Source of the DNA: Kudoa neothunni
Lineage: Eukaryota; Animalia; Cnidaria
Reading direction: 5' to 3'
Length of the DNA: 46,532 bases
Assembly (NCBI GenBank): GCA_964304625.1
Contig: OZ199839.1
Coordinates: 2,637,787-2,684,318 of the forward strand
The notes below the pieces were generated by a model. That model saw only the letters and a list, made by a program, of their open reading frames with translations. It ran no database searches and had not been told where the DNA came from. This document shows, in pieces, positions 26,416 to 39,272 of the stretch. Within the stretch, counting starts at the first letter, position 1, and each line of letters starts with the position of its first letter. The translations under genes were made by a program, and so were the position numbers.

Positions 26416-29400
26416 GGTTATGCGCGTGGGGTATGCGCCAAAAGTTGAAGCCAAGTTTATTTGTTTGTTTTCACCATGTATGGATGATTAAATGTATACT
26501 GATCAAGCTAGAGTGAGTTTGATCATACCATTGCATTTTTAGTTGGAAGTTTAATTTGGTTACGGTTTAACTGCAAAAATTGTTGAATCCAGGGGCCAGG
26601 GGTTAGGAATAATTGATTTTGTAATCAATTAATTTTAATTTTGCTCTGTTACAATCAATGATTGCAATTATTGAAATACTTCTTGGGGTATATTTTAATA
26701 TTAATTGTTAATATTTTCAATCAAAACCAAATCCAACTCAATATTTTAAAGATATTTTAATCAATAAACTATTTAATATATGAAAGTTTTACGTTAAAAA
26801 TAGTCACCCAAACGACTAAAAATAATTGAAGCTAGATTATTACATATCAAGTCTATTAGCCTATAATATTAAAAATAGAAATAATAATTTTTTAAACTAT
26901 AGTTTGTTATAATCATTATTTTCTTAATAAAACCAGAAATATTTTATGAATACTAAACTTAAATTAATAAAATAACGTAAAGCGCTAGATTGTATAAAAT
27001 ACCCTATTAATACCAATTATTTCAACAAAAATTCTTGTAATAAACGATTACTCGTTTTTACTTTAGTTACAGGAATAAATATGCTCTTAAATTATTTTTA
27101 CTATGTTTAATCTTTATTAATCTAGGTTATAATTGAGTTCGTCTTACATTATTGTCTATTATAGAAGAAATTAATATAAAATCGAGATAAATAATAAATG
27201 ATACCATAATACAATCGTAATATTAATATAACAACAAAAATACTTCAAATGTGTGAGTTTAAAGAGATGATTTAAATTATTGTTTCAATATTCTAGACTT
27301 TGATTAAGAATATTTAATTGATATTGGCCTTATTATATTTGAAAAAAGAATTTTTAAGGTTTTAAAAGTTGCGTAAATTGATGAGCGAACCATAAAAAAT
27401 TGGTATTTAGTTGGTTACTTAGAAAGAATAAAAATTTATGTTAGAAATTGTTGGTTAAAATATTATTAGGTATTGGACACATTCCCCTTACAATATCGAG
27501 ATTAGTGCGATACCCAAAAACTATATAATCTTAAGGAACAACGACGTGCTCGATTATTTGTCAGTTAGTGTTGGTCTCTTTATAGCGCATCTTACGTCAG
27601 ACCTCTTAGACATAACAAATATTAAAATATTAATTGGAATCGATGTTGGCCAATATTTAGATTACATTGTAAAAATAATTTATATATTAGAAGACTTTTA
27701 AGAAGTAGTCGTTACTATTACTCAAAATTTCAAAATTTGGTCATTTAATCTGGCATTAGATATAAAGATGCATTATCTGATCCAAATAAAGTATAACATG
27801 CAAAATATATTTGCTCTGTGATTAAGAGAAAAATATTTTATATATAAAATATCGTTTATAGAGTTAAGACAAATGGATGTCGATCACAATTTAAACAAGC
27901 ATAAAAATCGACGAATTATAAGACATTAATGACATGATGCTGAAACATTTAGAACACAGAGGAATGGATTCATCGATAAAAACAGTTGTAATAAAGAAGA
28001 ATATTCATTATAATGTATTAATTAAAATTATCATAATTGAAATTAATCGCATCTCCCAATCAATTATTGACCAATTAATTTCTTCCAACCTCTGGTTGAA
28101 TCACTCATTATTCGATTATTCACAAGTTGGAAAGTATTACAGAAGGTTGTTTAGTTTTTTATATATCGATATATAATTAAAAACTTAATTTTGATTTTTT
28201 AATATACTAAACCAATAATATTCATTTAGCAATAAATGTTTTTAAAAAATGTTTGAAATATTTATCTAGATTTCCAATTCAAAATCAGGCTTTAACTTAC
28301 ATAAATATATATTTATTTATGATGGAACGAATTTCGCTATAAATTGTAAAGGTTGTGGAAAAATAGATAAAATATGTAAAAAATTAAATATTAAGACAAG
28401 ATTTATTATTTTTCATGATAAAATTTTAAAATGAATTAATTTTACGTTAAGTTTAAATATTTTTTTAATTTTAATCGATTTTTTTCTGGAAAATTATTTA
28501 ATGTGACGTAAATTTTAGCTCAAGTTATTGAATTAGATAGTTTCTTAAAATGTATTTCTTTAGTCTATTCATATTTAAATAAATTATGTAATTAAATGTA
28601 AATTAGCTGCTCTGTTTAAATATAATGGAAGAAAAATATTTTTACTATAGTCTTGAGTGGTTTAAATAATAGTTACTTTTAAATGAATCAGCAGAAAATC
28701 GTTAAACCAAAATTTTGACCTATGTTTACATCAGAATTTAAACTATGGGCAGAAGTCAAATTCATTTTGAAATTCACTATGTATAAAGCTATGGAGGATT
28801 TACAACAATTTTAGAGTTAATCTTATTTTAATTGATTTAGAGCTCATATAGAGAAAATAACTTTTTTTCATTTATGCTCACGATTTGACTAGTAAATTTA
28901 AATAACTGAATGATTATTTAGATTGAAAATTCTTTGGCATTTTGGATAAAACAGATTCATTTCAATTTTATTTAAATTATATTATGACAGGCTTTTAAAT
29001 AACTAATCATTAATAAAATAATTATAAATACGAAATAATGTGATTAATTAATCTTTTTAATGTAGGAAGTTAAGGTTTCTGAAGAGTGCGAACGCGATGA
29101 AAGTATATGAATTCTGCCACGCTGTACGTATAGAATAATGAGACATCATGAATAGAAATCATGTGTTTTAGATTTCCATAATTCTATATTTTCTTAATTA
29201 AAAAATAAATATAACAAATCTCAAATTATCCACGATGATATTATGCGATAATTTTAATTTAAGTAACTATAATAAACTTCTGTCCCATAAGAGAGCTGAC
29301 AGTCGATTATAGAAGAGATAAACGGAATTTTGCACGGTCGCTTGGCTTGACACATTCATATTTTATAGATTTCTCTGGACAGAATATTTTAAATAGCATG

Positions 29401-30144
29401 GATACTTACTGGATTTTTGAATTAGGCGATACAGTCAAGAACGGTTATTACGTAGGTGGATATTGCGCACTAATTTAGTAACCATTAAATTTCACAATAT
29501 CCCAAAAGCAAAGTGTATTATAGCTATTAGGTGATTTTTATTTTAAAGAGGTAGAACGAAATTAAACGTTGATTTCAAGATCTTTATATTTTTATATTAA
29601 TAAAAATTATTCAATGTTAATTTATTTAACAGAAAAAATTGAATTAATACTCAACGCAGAAAAACCGAAATATTTTATGATTATAAATTTGATCCATATG
29701 CATAAATTTTTGAGTACAGTAGCGCAGGGTTATTACAGGATGACATGTAGTTCTTTAAATCTGAATAGATTCTTTGATTTTAAACTATAAGTGTTGTTAT
29801 TGTGCATAAGTCAAAAGGACTATACTGATAACATATTTTGTACGCTTTCATTATTAGATTGTTTAAGGGTTATGTTAACTTAAATATTTCGCATAAACTA
29901 GATAATAAACATACGGAATTAATTTCTTCATTAACCCATTGAGACCAGAAAATCAAGGAGTGAGAAAATACTTTTTTTGAAAATGTCAAAATATCTAAAA
30001 AATTAAAGAAATATTTAATTAAGAGGTCCATTAAACTTAATGGTGCCATATGGCACCATTCGGAGACACCTTGGTCTCAAAAATTTAAAAAACATTGTCG
30101 TTCCCAAAAAATACACGTATAACAGATAAACGTAATATAAAAAT

Positions 30145-31860
30145 ATATTTTTTTGTATGATAGTCTAACAAACAATTTCTATTTATATTTAGTCGTAAGT
30201 GGACATCGCATTTGAGACACATTGTTATGGAATGCAGTCCACAAAATTTACATCTTACTTTGGCCGTTGTGCATTCTGGGAAATGATAGATTTGGTCAAA
30301 TCGTACATTCTTAATTACCTATGACCCAGAGAGATTATAGACCCTAGCTGCCATTGAAATTGGTGGAGTAACAAAATCAGATGTGCACGACCTACCTCTT
30401 TTCCTCATCATATTTACTACCTGAACACATGCAACAATTGCTCGCTCACCGAAACGCTAAAATCCATTAAACAGCGAATATTTTTGACAAGCATTAGCGT
30501 TTGCAGACAAGCCATCCGTTAAGGATACACAAATTATTGGCCCACAAAAATATCCTCTTGAACCATTTTTTGGATTTATGGTCCAATCGATAAAGAGCCA
30601 TCAGCATGTCAAAAAAGTCCACTCCACCCATGTTTCGATTGTACATTTTGATGATATGTGGGAAATCGATTTTTACAGCTTTTTTCTCTTTTCGATCGTA
30701 TCTGTCGATAGTGCTCATAGGAGAAATAGAGTGAGCGGTCGATATCACAGTTACGATGGAGCTGTCTAACCAACGCACAATGTTAGTTTTTGAATTTTTA
30801 CCTGCATATAGCGCGTATTCGTGTCGGCCCCTTTTCAATTTTTTAAAGGTCTTATCATCACTGATAGAACAATTACGGGGGCGACTTCTTCTCATCGTAC
30901 TCGTGGAGTGATGACCCATTTTGAGTAGAATCAGATGCAGCGGGAGCGTTGAAAAATAATTATCAGAATATAGGTGGTGTGTGTTTCCCTCTTCAATAGA
31001 CTGGGCCAATTTTAAAACAATGTCGGAGGATCGAAAACTCGAGCTTTCGCCATCATAAATAAAATTGCCATCTTCAAAAAAAAGTCGTGGACAATACCAC
31101 CATACCCATTTCTTGTAAATACCTTGAACCGCCATTTTGTACGTTTGGATGGCAGATATCGTTTGAGGCCAGACTTACCTTTAAATGGAATCAACTGCTC
31201 ATCCGCGCACTGATTATAGTCGGGTTCAGTTATCAAACAGGCCTCTCGCACGATGTCTAATAGGGGCCTCACTTGAAAAAATCGATCATAATCCCTGTGG
31301 GTACAGGATTTAACAATATCATTGTTATCGCAAAAATGAATGAATTTTTGCATATCCATGAAGCGATCTCTAGACATTTTCTCAGCTATAGTTGTTATGT
31401 TGAGTTCAGCACTCCAATAGCTCCTTATTCTAGGTAGTTTAATAATGGCCATTCTTATAAGCATTCCAATGAATAATTTTATTTTGTTTATGGTAATTCG
31501 AAACGACGAATTTTTTTCTATGGAATACTTATTAGTTTCTTTACAAGTTAATTCAAATAATTTAACGGAAAAGAACATGTTAAAATGTGAATAAGGATCC
31601 AAAATATTCTTTTTTTTGAGTTTCTTATCTATGAGGACGCTTTTATCTACCGCATTTGATGATTTTGTTATAGATCGTGATCGATAGTCGTTATGATCCT
31701 TCGTGTCAGATCTAGTATCTGAGAGAATATCGGGTTTCAAATTTTCGATTTCATCATTACATATGTTTTCAGCGTCAGATATATCGGCATCATGTAGTAA
31801 TATTAACTCCTCAATAATATCCCCATTATCACTAATCTTTTTCACCAAATCAGAGTCCAT
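30145..31860 (-). pseudogene. piggyBac (PGBD-like) transposase pseudogene
   Basis: CADEQLIPFKGKSGLKRYLPSK..KW.FK, LYSDNYFST, YNRNMGGVDFFD (DDD triad) and C-terminal Cys-rich domain RCKFC....TMCLKCDVHL.....NC..DYH. Frameshift at an A-run (~31080) and a premature stop at 30494. Confidence 0.9.
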
Positions 31861-32076
31861 GATAATGTTAATCCGGCATAAAAACGTAGGCGCCGAATAA
31901 TGCCGTATGGCACCACGAATTAATCTTTCACTGTAAACCTTGACATTTACGAACGAATAACGGCGATATCCATTTTTTTTAATTTTATATAATTTCCAAT
32001 ATATATTTTTTTTATGAAAATATAAAAATTTTAAGAATATGATTCTATCAATCAAACATCACTTGTTTATTATATA

Positions 32077-32781
32077 ACTAGCGCAAAAACCCGCTTCGCG
32101 TAGGCATCTTTGCCGACTAAGTAGACTAAAGCCTTGAGTAGGCCAAGTTCATCTTATGTTCAAAGTAAATTAAGAGTATCTAGATAAATAATACAAAGAT
32201 TACCCAATTAAAGGATGATTTATTTAATTAATTGGACACATGACCCTCATTTAATATTGTTAAAAATGAATAAACACTACTGAGTGTTTAAAATTTCCTC
32301 TTTAAAGCTCCTAAAAATCGATTTTCTCCTTTTTGATCACAGCAATCTCTAAATCATACAACCATATGATTTGGACTAATCTTGTTAAACATCAATAAAT
32401 GAATTTCATATTAATTATTGGCTACATAACCTAATATCACCGTCCTTATTTGAATTAATACAATTACTAAATTATTATTCAATAATTTTAAAGTAAAATA
32501 AACACTGTGGTACGTTTTAAATTAACCTTTATAACTTTAACGAAATGATCTATATGTTTGCATAAATCCTCAAATCAAACCAATCATATCATTTGGAAAT
32601 GTTTCTAGTCATTTTGTAGAATGCAAACCGTTTATAATTTGTTCGTATTTTTCTGTGCTAAAATAGAAGTTTATCTTTCCATATGTATGCTTAAATGGAG
32701 CGATGTCTCTCTATAAAGAATGAAAAATGCGTACACACACACACACACACACGGATTTCCGGTTTGCCTTATATAGTAGAT
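32077..32781 (+). mobile_element. Non-autonomous Helentron/DINE-1 (HINE)-like element
   Basis: Starts ACTAGCGC...CCCGCTTCGCG, carries an (AC)10 microsatellite near the 3' end and finishes TTATATAGTAGAT, the layout of DINE-1/Lep1-type elements. A second 5' end copy lies at 41350. Confidence 0.7.
32733..32752. repeat. (AC)10 microsatellite within the HINE-like element
   Basis: ACACACACACACACACACAC read directly. Confidence 0.95.
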
Positions 32782-33969
32782 GTTAAATAAATTTCTCTCG
32801 ATATGAAATAAAAAGAATACTACTTGTCAAACGTATTAATTGTAATTATGAGATTTGGTAAGCATAGTCGCAAAAAAGAGGCTAAAATTGCTGGGGTCAA
32901 AAATATCCCCCACCGTTCCCGGTCGAATTTTTCCGAGCACCATCCTTCAAGGGTTAATATCAACACGAACTGCCTAGATGCGTACGGGATTAGGAATATC
33001 TTATTGTAGAAGTACATGTTTAAAAAATAAAATAATATGAATCCTTTAGATTAACTCAGAGGAGAAATTAAATAAACCTTTTTTTTTAAATATCATACTT
33101 TTAACGACTGTGATAAGCCAAGTTGAAACTAAGACAATTTGAGGGTGATCTTAAAAATTGCATAACTCGACAGTAAACTGCGGCGATTAATTTTTTCTTA
33201 AATATATATCCATTTATCCGGTCCATTTTTATACATTCTTTCCTCGAAAAAATTTCGCAACCCCTTAATATGAGCAAAACTATTTTTAATAATTAGATAA
33301 AGTACAATTGTAATGTGTACATTAAAAATTATCGCTTTAACCCAAGTTTAACCAACGCTTTAACGAAATATGAAGACTGAGTCCCAGTAATAAAGGTTTT
33401 TATCTGTCTGATTATGACATACGCTACCAATTCGTTCTTTATTCACCAGATTTGCAACTTTTTGTGTTATTTAAAGCCATATATAAAACTTTGGCAGTGT
33501 TATTAATAAAACATATCAAAAGTTCCAATATAAGGAGTGTATATAAGCACACATCTAAATAGCGACTACCGCTGTGTATATAAAGATAGACAACATTATT
33601 ATATTAACAGTAGATTGAAGCAAATTTTGGAGAATTTTTATTTTAACTGGTTATCTCTCTGATATAAGGAAATTTAATCCTATTATTGAAATTGCGTAAT
33701 CTGTTGAACAAACATGAAACCAATAAAATCAATATTTATCAAGTGTTTTGACAGCTTTAGATAATATAAAAATACATTCATAATTTTCCCAATGTTAAAA
33801 ATTATTAGAAATATCATTAATGTCTCTCATTACTCTATAAGAACAAAATTTATCGCACATGCGTACTTGATGCACATACATACGGACACTCCTCTTTTAT
33901 ATATATGAAGTAGATATAAATAATTTTTCGTATGTAAAAATTAAAGGTATAAATAAAATTAAACAATTG

Positions 33970-34982
33970 GGCTAAACTACACAATACGGGACCGTTTCGG
34001 TAAAAGTCGGATAATGGCCAAGAAATTAGTTTCCCGTTAAAAAACTTTGATTTAGAAAATATTGACACCACAAAGGCCACTGATTATGGGTTTTTTAAAT
34101 ATAATACGATGTATACCATAAGAACTCTTCAAAATCTCGGCCTTATTTCTTCACAGAAGAAATGTGGATGCATGATGCGAGAAGTTTTTGATAAGTCTCT
34201 GAATGATTTATTTTTTTTCCGCTGTCCAGATTGTAGACGAAATAAATATAAGAGTTGGCTCAATTTTTCAACATTCTAATCTTCCACTATGGAAGCTTTT
34301 TCTTTTTTTGTGTATTGCACATCCAATTCAAAAACGTGGCATATGAAGAAATCCAAACCCATACTGAAATTTCATCGCATAATACGATTCATGATTGGAG
34401 GGAATTAATGCGGAGTATTATCACTCAAAAAATCACCGATGAAAATAAAAAAATTGGAGGTGAAAACGTGATAGTGCAAATTGATGAGACTGCCGTCACT
34501 AAACGCAAATACAACGTTAATTGTCTGTTGAAAAATCAACAATATTGGATAGTTGGTGGTATCGATGAGAGTGGCGATTGTTTTTTTGAGTTGACCAACA
34601 AAAGGAACCGCGATATTCTTGAAAATATCATTTTAAATTGAGTGATGGAAAATTCAATTCTATGGACCGATAACTGGGCAGGATATCGACGTGTAAATGA
34701 ACTTGGATTTCTTCACGAAACTGTGACACACAAATATTCGTTTGTTTTGGGTACTGGCGTTGATACTAACCGAATCGAAGCTACTTGGGGTGCTATCAAG
34801 AGAAAGTACCGTAGCATTACAAACAAAAACCTTGACTCGCTCTGTGATTATATATCTGATTATATTTATTTCGAAAATATAAAAAATGCGAATTAAGTAC
34901 ATTTTTTAGAGAAATAAATTATATCGTATAATTTGGATGTTCCGACTTTTGCCTAAGCGGCCCCGTGTTGTGTAGTTTAGCC
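33970..34982 (+). mobile_element. Merlin (IS1595/ISXO2-like) DNA transposon, full-length with disrupted transposase
   Basis: 42 bp imperfect TIRs: GGCTAAACTACACAATACGGGACCGTTTCGGTAAAAGTCGGA and rc GGCTAAACTACACAACACGGGGCCGCTTAGGCAAAAGTCGGA. Motifs IGGENVIVQIDETAVTKRKYN, WIVGGIDE, WTDNWAGY, TNRIEATWGAIKR. In-frame TGA at 34639-41. Flanks AAACAATTG / GAACCATTT are a possible decayed 9 bp TSD. Confidence 0.93.
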
Positions 34983-35373
34983 GAACCATTTTTGGAAAGA
35001 ATAAATATTAATATAATAAAAAACACGTTAGGAAGTTATTAATATAAATCTAATTTATTTATGTATGTATTTCACATATTAACGGTCAAAATGTATAACA
35101 AATACATTTAATATGATGATTTATGTTGATATTTATTGCTGTTAGAAGTTTTGTTACACGATTACTTGTATGCTATTTGATATTTATTCAAAACATTCGG
35201 TGAAAATGCGACTGGTGTTAATCCTATACATTTTTTTAATGTGAACCCATTTATTTGATATAAATCACATATATTCATTATCTTGAAGTTGTGATCGTTG
35301 TGTAGAGATTGGTGATTATCGTTATAGTAGTTATAATAACCTATTTTGACACAAGTATAAGAACTAATTGGTA

Positions 35374-38300
35374 ATGGCCATGATTTCGATGAAAAATATC
35401 TCAATAAGCTATTTGCTTGGTAACATTGGATGGCTATTTTCCTTGGATGATTGATTATTTTAGTTTTCGTAATCATTATTACGATAAAAGATACTTCTGG
35501 TGCTAGTCCAGCAAACATTCAGAAATGCGCTGAGTACGCAGAAAAGAGGAACAAATTTTTACGAATATATCAGGAGATAATTAATTATACTACCAAATAT
35601 ACCACAAACCTGAAAGAAGCTAAACCAATAATAGAGGATTTTAAATCTAAAAATGTAAAATATCCTCTTGAGAAAATTAAAGAAATGGTTAACTTAAAAT
35701 ATGCCGAAATTAGAACAGATTATTATCCAATATACGAAATATCTCCATTTGATGAATTGGGTATAAACTTGTTGACAAAGGGACGCAACACATTCCGCTT
35801 AATGCAACTAGCTGATTCTTGCTATTCGAGCTTATTGGGTACAAAAAACTTTATGTCTATTTTGGAGGATGCTGCTGGGAAAGGTGACGCTTTCATACAA
35901 TCAGTAAAACAATTGTATAACGACTTATTGGTATATGATCAATCAAAATGTGAAAAGGTGAATAATTCAAGCAAAATTCAATCGTTAATTGGTGATATCG
36001 AGTCTGGAGAACTTGAAGGCACCAAACGCATTAATGAACTGGAGCATTATAATGGAAAACTATATACTTGCAAAACGAATCCTATAGATGATATTGTAAG
36101 ATTAGCTCCACCCAAAAATGGATTTATTGATCCTTTCTATGACGAAATGTTGGCTAAAATGAAACCTTATTTTATAGAACTCAAAGCCAAACTGCAAAAT
36201 ATTGTGAATACTTCCGATGCATATGAAAAATATAGCAATGATTTTAAAAGGGATGCAAGTACAATAAAAAACACGAATTTTTCTGCTTTTCATGACAAAA
36301 ACGTGGAAGAAGCAAAAAGTCTGCTCGCAAAATATGAAAAGTTATTAAGTCACACTAGAGGTTATTTGTCCTTGGAACTTTTGAGTTCGTTGGTGGAGAA
36401 CATCAGAGATCTACACGAACAATTGGCGTCAGCTAAAGCCCACAATTATTCGATTGATACATATGAGGTCAAATTAAAAAAGATTGTTAAAAACAAACAA
36501 GAGTTGAAAAAAAAATATTCCTAAAGTTGTTGAAGAATTAACTCCGATAAAACAAAAGGCGACAGAATTCATATCTAGAATTGATAAAGAGCAGTCAACT
36601 GAGGACACCAAAGATAATTTGTTCGTTCGCAAACAATTACACTATGATATATATTATTTTTTAAAGGAGAACGAAGAATTCCTTCAAGGACGTTTAGTGG
36701 TGCAAAATGAAACTATCGATATATGGGTCTCAGAAATCAACCTTTACAGTTCACAACTCAATTCAGTCCAAACCCAGCAGTTGTCTACAATACAGAAGAC
36801 TTTAGCTTCAAAATTCGAACAACTTAAATCTACCCTGCATACATTATCTTCGATTGACATTCCCAAATATGAGAAAAAATTAAAGGAAGAACATATGAGC
36901 AAACTTAACTTTGAGAATCCATCTGCTAAATTATCAAGTATGGACACCAAGAAACAAGACTTATTGCGCGCCCTGACAGCTAAAAAAAACTCACCTTAAT
37001 GATAATTTATTGACCAATATATCTGAGGATTTAAACTCCGCAGGTGACAAACTAAACCAAGTAACTTCCAATAATAATAGTTTCCAAAGACTTTTAGCAT
37101 CGCATCAATCTATGCCACTTAAACCCAATGGAGAAAAACTGTTCAATATTTTCTCGACCCAAGTCAGCAAATCCACGGGGGAAATCATTTCACTATCTGC
37201 TAAAGTTGGTGAATTGAGGACAAAAATTAAGGAGGTTAAAGAAAGTATTAACCCCAATCGTGATGATTCAAGTCAAATTGATCAAATGAAATCAAAAATT
37301 ACCAATGATTATGCTAATATCCAGAGAACGAAACAAAAATTATCGGATCTTCTTCAAAAACCATACAAAGAATTTAAGTCTTTGTATGATAGCGAGATCA
37401 AGGCTGTAAACTTGAAACTTGGCGATGATATTGCAAAGATTAATACATTAATTGAAGATTATGAAAGAGCCGTTGCCTCCATAGAATCGAGTGTCAAAGA
37501 AATTGACGAAAAGATTGTGAATTTAACTTCTGAAGTTAATGTCGCTGCAACAAAAATTAATAACATTGATAGAACACATTCAGATATGGTTGAATCCCTC
37601 ACTCGTGGTTTGGAATCAGTCAAAAAATTTGATCAAGATAAGTACACACAATTGAGAAATAAACTTGGTGATAAATTCGAGGAATATAAAAAAGTAATTA
37701 AACAACAAAAAGAGAAACAAAATGATGAAAAACTTTATCATTCAAATTCGGTCACCACTGCTAAGGAGTTGATAAAAGATATAAAAGAAATTAATAGAAA
37801 TGAAGAGTTGAAGCATCTTATTGAGAACCTATTGTCAGTGGAAAATACATTCAATAGCTTACAACATGCTGTAGAACAACATGATAAATTTGTTAAAGCT
37901 GGTGAATCTAAAGTAAATGAACTAGAGAACGAGTATAATCAATTGTTTACCCAATATAATTCAAGCACAAGAAACCTATGAAAATAATTATAGACTAATT
38001 AGAGGTATTTTTGATACTTATCAAAATAGCGTAAACAGCGATTCAACCTTCTTGAACGAGTCAGCAGTCAACCAATTGTTGGACCTCAACTCAGAACTGA
38101 AACAAAAATATCAACTATCGAAATTATCAACTGATTCCATGCAAGAAAAACTGACTAATTTAAATGACTTCGACGTAAATTTGGAAAAGGATGTAGGTCA
38201 ACAAATTGAAAAAATCAAAGGAGAAATGACACGTATTAGTGAATTTAAAGAATCAAATAAGGAATATTTACCAAGACTTAAATCATTAAAACAAATTGCT

Positions 38301-39272
38301 ATTAAAATGAATGATGCAAGAACACAACTCGAGTCAAAGAAAGAATTACTTACTAGTTTCCAAGAGAAATTAAATACACAAAATAACCAAAATAAAGAAA
38401 AAATTTCTTCAAAAAAACTCGAAATTAAAGAATCTGGTGAAACGGCAAAAATATCTATTAAGACTTTAAAAAATGAGATATTAGACAAATTCAACGAATA
38501 CAACATGGCACATCAAGAATTAAAAAATAAAGCTAATGATGATGGAATGGAGGTTGATATGAACCTGCTTAATAACTATCAACAGCTTGTAACGGAGAAA
38601 AATGAAATTGAAGGTAAACTTGACGAACAACTTACTCTTGTTATTACTACTGAAGCCAGAGGAATAATACATTATGAAAAAGAGGGAAAACAACTCAATG
38701 ATAAATATTCGGACCGAAACACTCAATCAAACATCTGGCTGCAACAAATCAGTAACCTTCTTAATGAATATATTACGTCAATTAACATTGAGAATAATGG
38801 GATGATTACACTAAACGAAAGCCTCACCAAACTCATTACAAATATCGATAATTTCCTTGCTAACAACAGGGATGACCTTACAATAACTGAATTCGACGAA
38901 AAAATTGAGGCCACTATCCCAACTAATGTTCCTTCGTTCAAAGAAGGAATTGAAACTGCCGTCCAAAATGACAAAAACTTCTCCATTATTTTAAAGAATA
39001 ATAAATCATCTGATCAAATTAAAGACATAACTGAAATTTCTGAACAAGCAACCCTCGATTCCAACCATGATTTTGAAGTAGACATACAGAAATATAGTGC
39101 AGTTAATGGTCAATCAAATAATGTCGCCATAAAAGATAAATTCAAATATATAATTACAGCCGCTGCCATAGCCACTGTTTGCTTGGTTGTTGGAGGTGCA
39201 ATACTAAAGTACCAAAGTCTTAAAAAGAGAGAAATTTACAACAAGTGCGAAAATATTTACATTAAAGCTTAG
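35374..39272 (+). CDS. Large (~1,280 aa if reframed) signal-peptide + coiled-coil + C-terminal TM surface protein, interrupted by three +1 frame changes (assembly error, pseudogene or recoding)
   Basis: Exon 1 (35374-35419) plus a 44 nt GT..AG intron (35420-35463) gives MAMISMKNISISYLLVFVIIITIKDTSG-A. Four overlapping K/E/N/L-rich heptad-like frames follow, ending YIITAAAIATVCLVVGGAIL-KYQSLKKREIYNKCENIYIKA*. Confidence 0.8.

Larger units (their letters stand above)
29931..32958 (-). mobile_element. piggyBac DNA transposon (right boundary tentative), interrupted upstream of its ORF by a Helentron-like element
   Basis: TTAA-CCCATTGAGACC at 29931; subterminal palindrome ATGGTGCCATATGGCACCAT at ~30040 with a related copy at ~31900; CAAGGG-TTAA at ~32950-32958 could be this or another element's end. 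Confidence 0.75.

Noticed and set aside
29060-29470. GC-richer patches with AG/GT borders resembling small exons (e.g. EVKVSEECERDE)
   Set aside because: I could not assemble a consistent open frame or recognise a product.
31861-32055. N-terminal extension of the piggyBac ORF in the ORF track
   Set aside because: It is AT-rich subterminal non-coding sequence that happens to be open; the acidic transposase N-terminus begins at the ATG at 31860.
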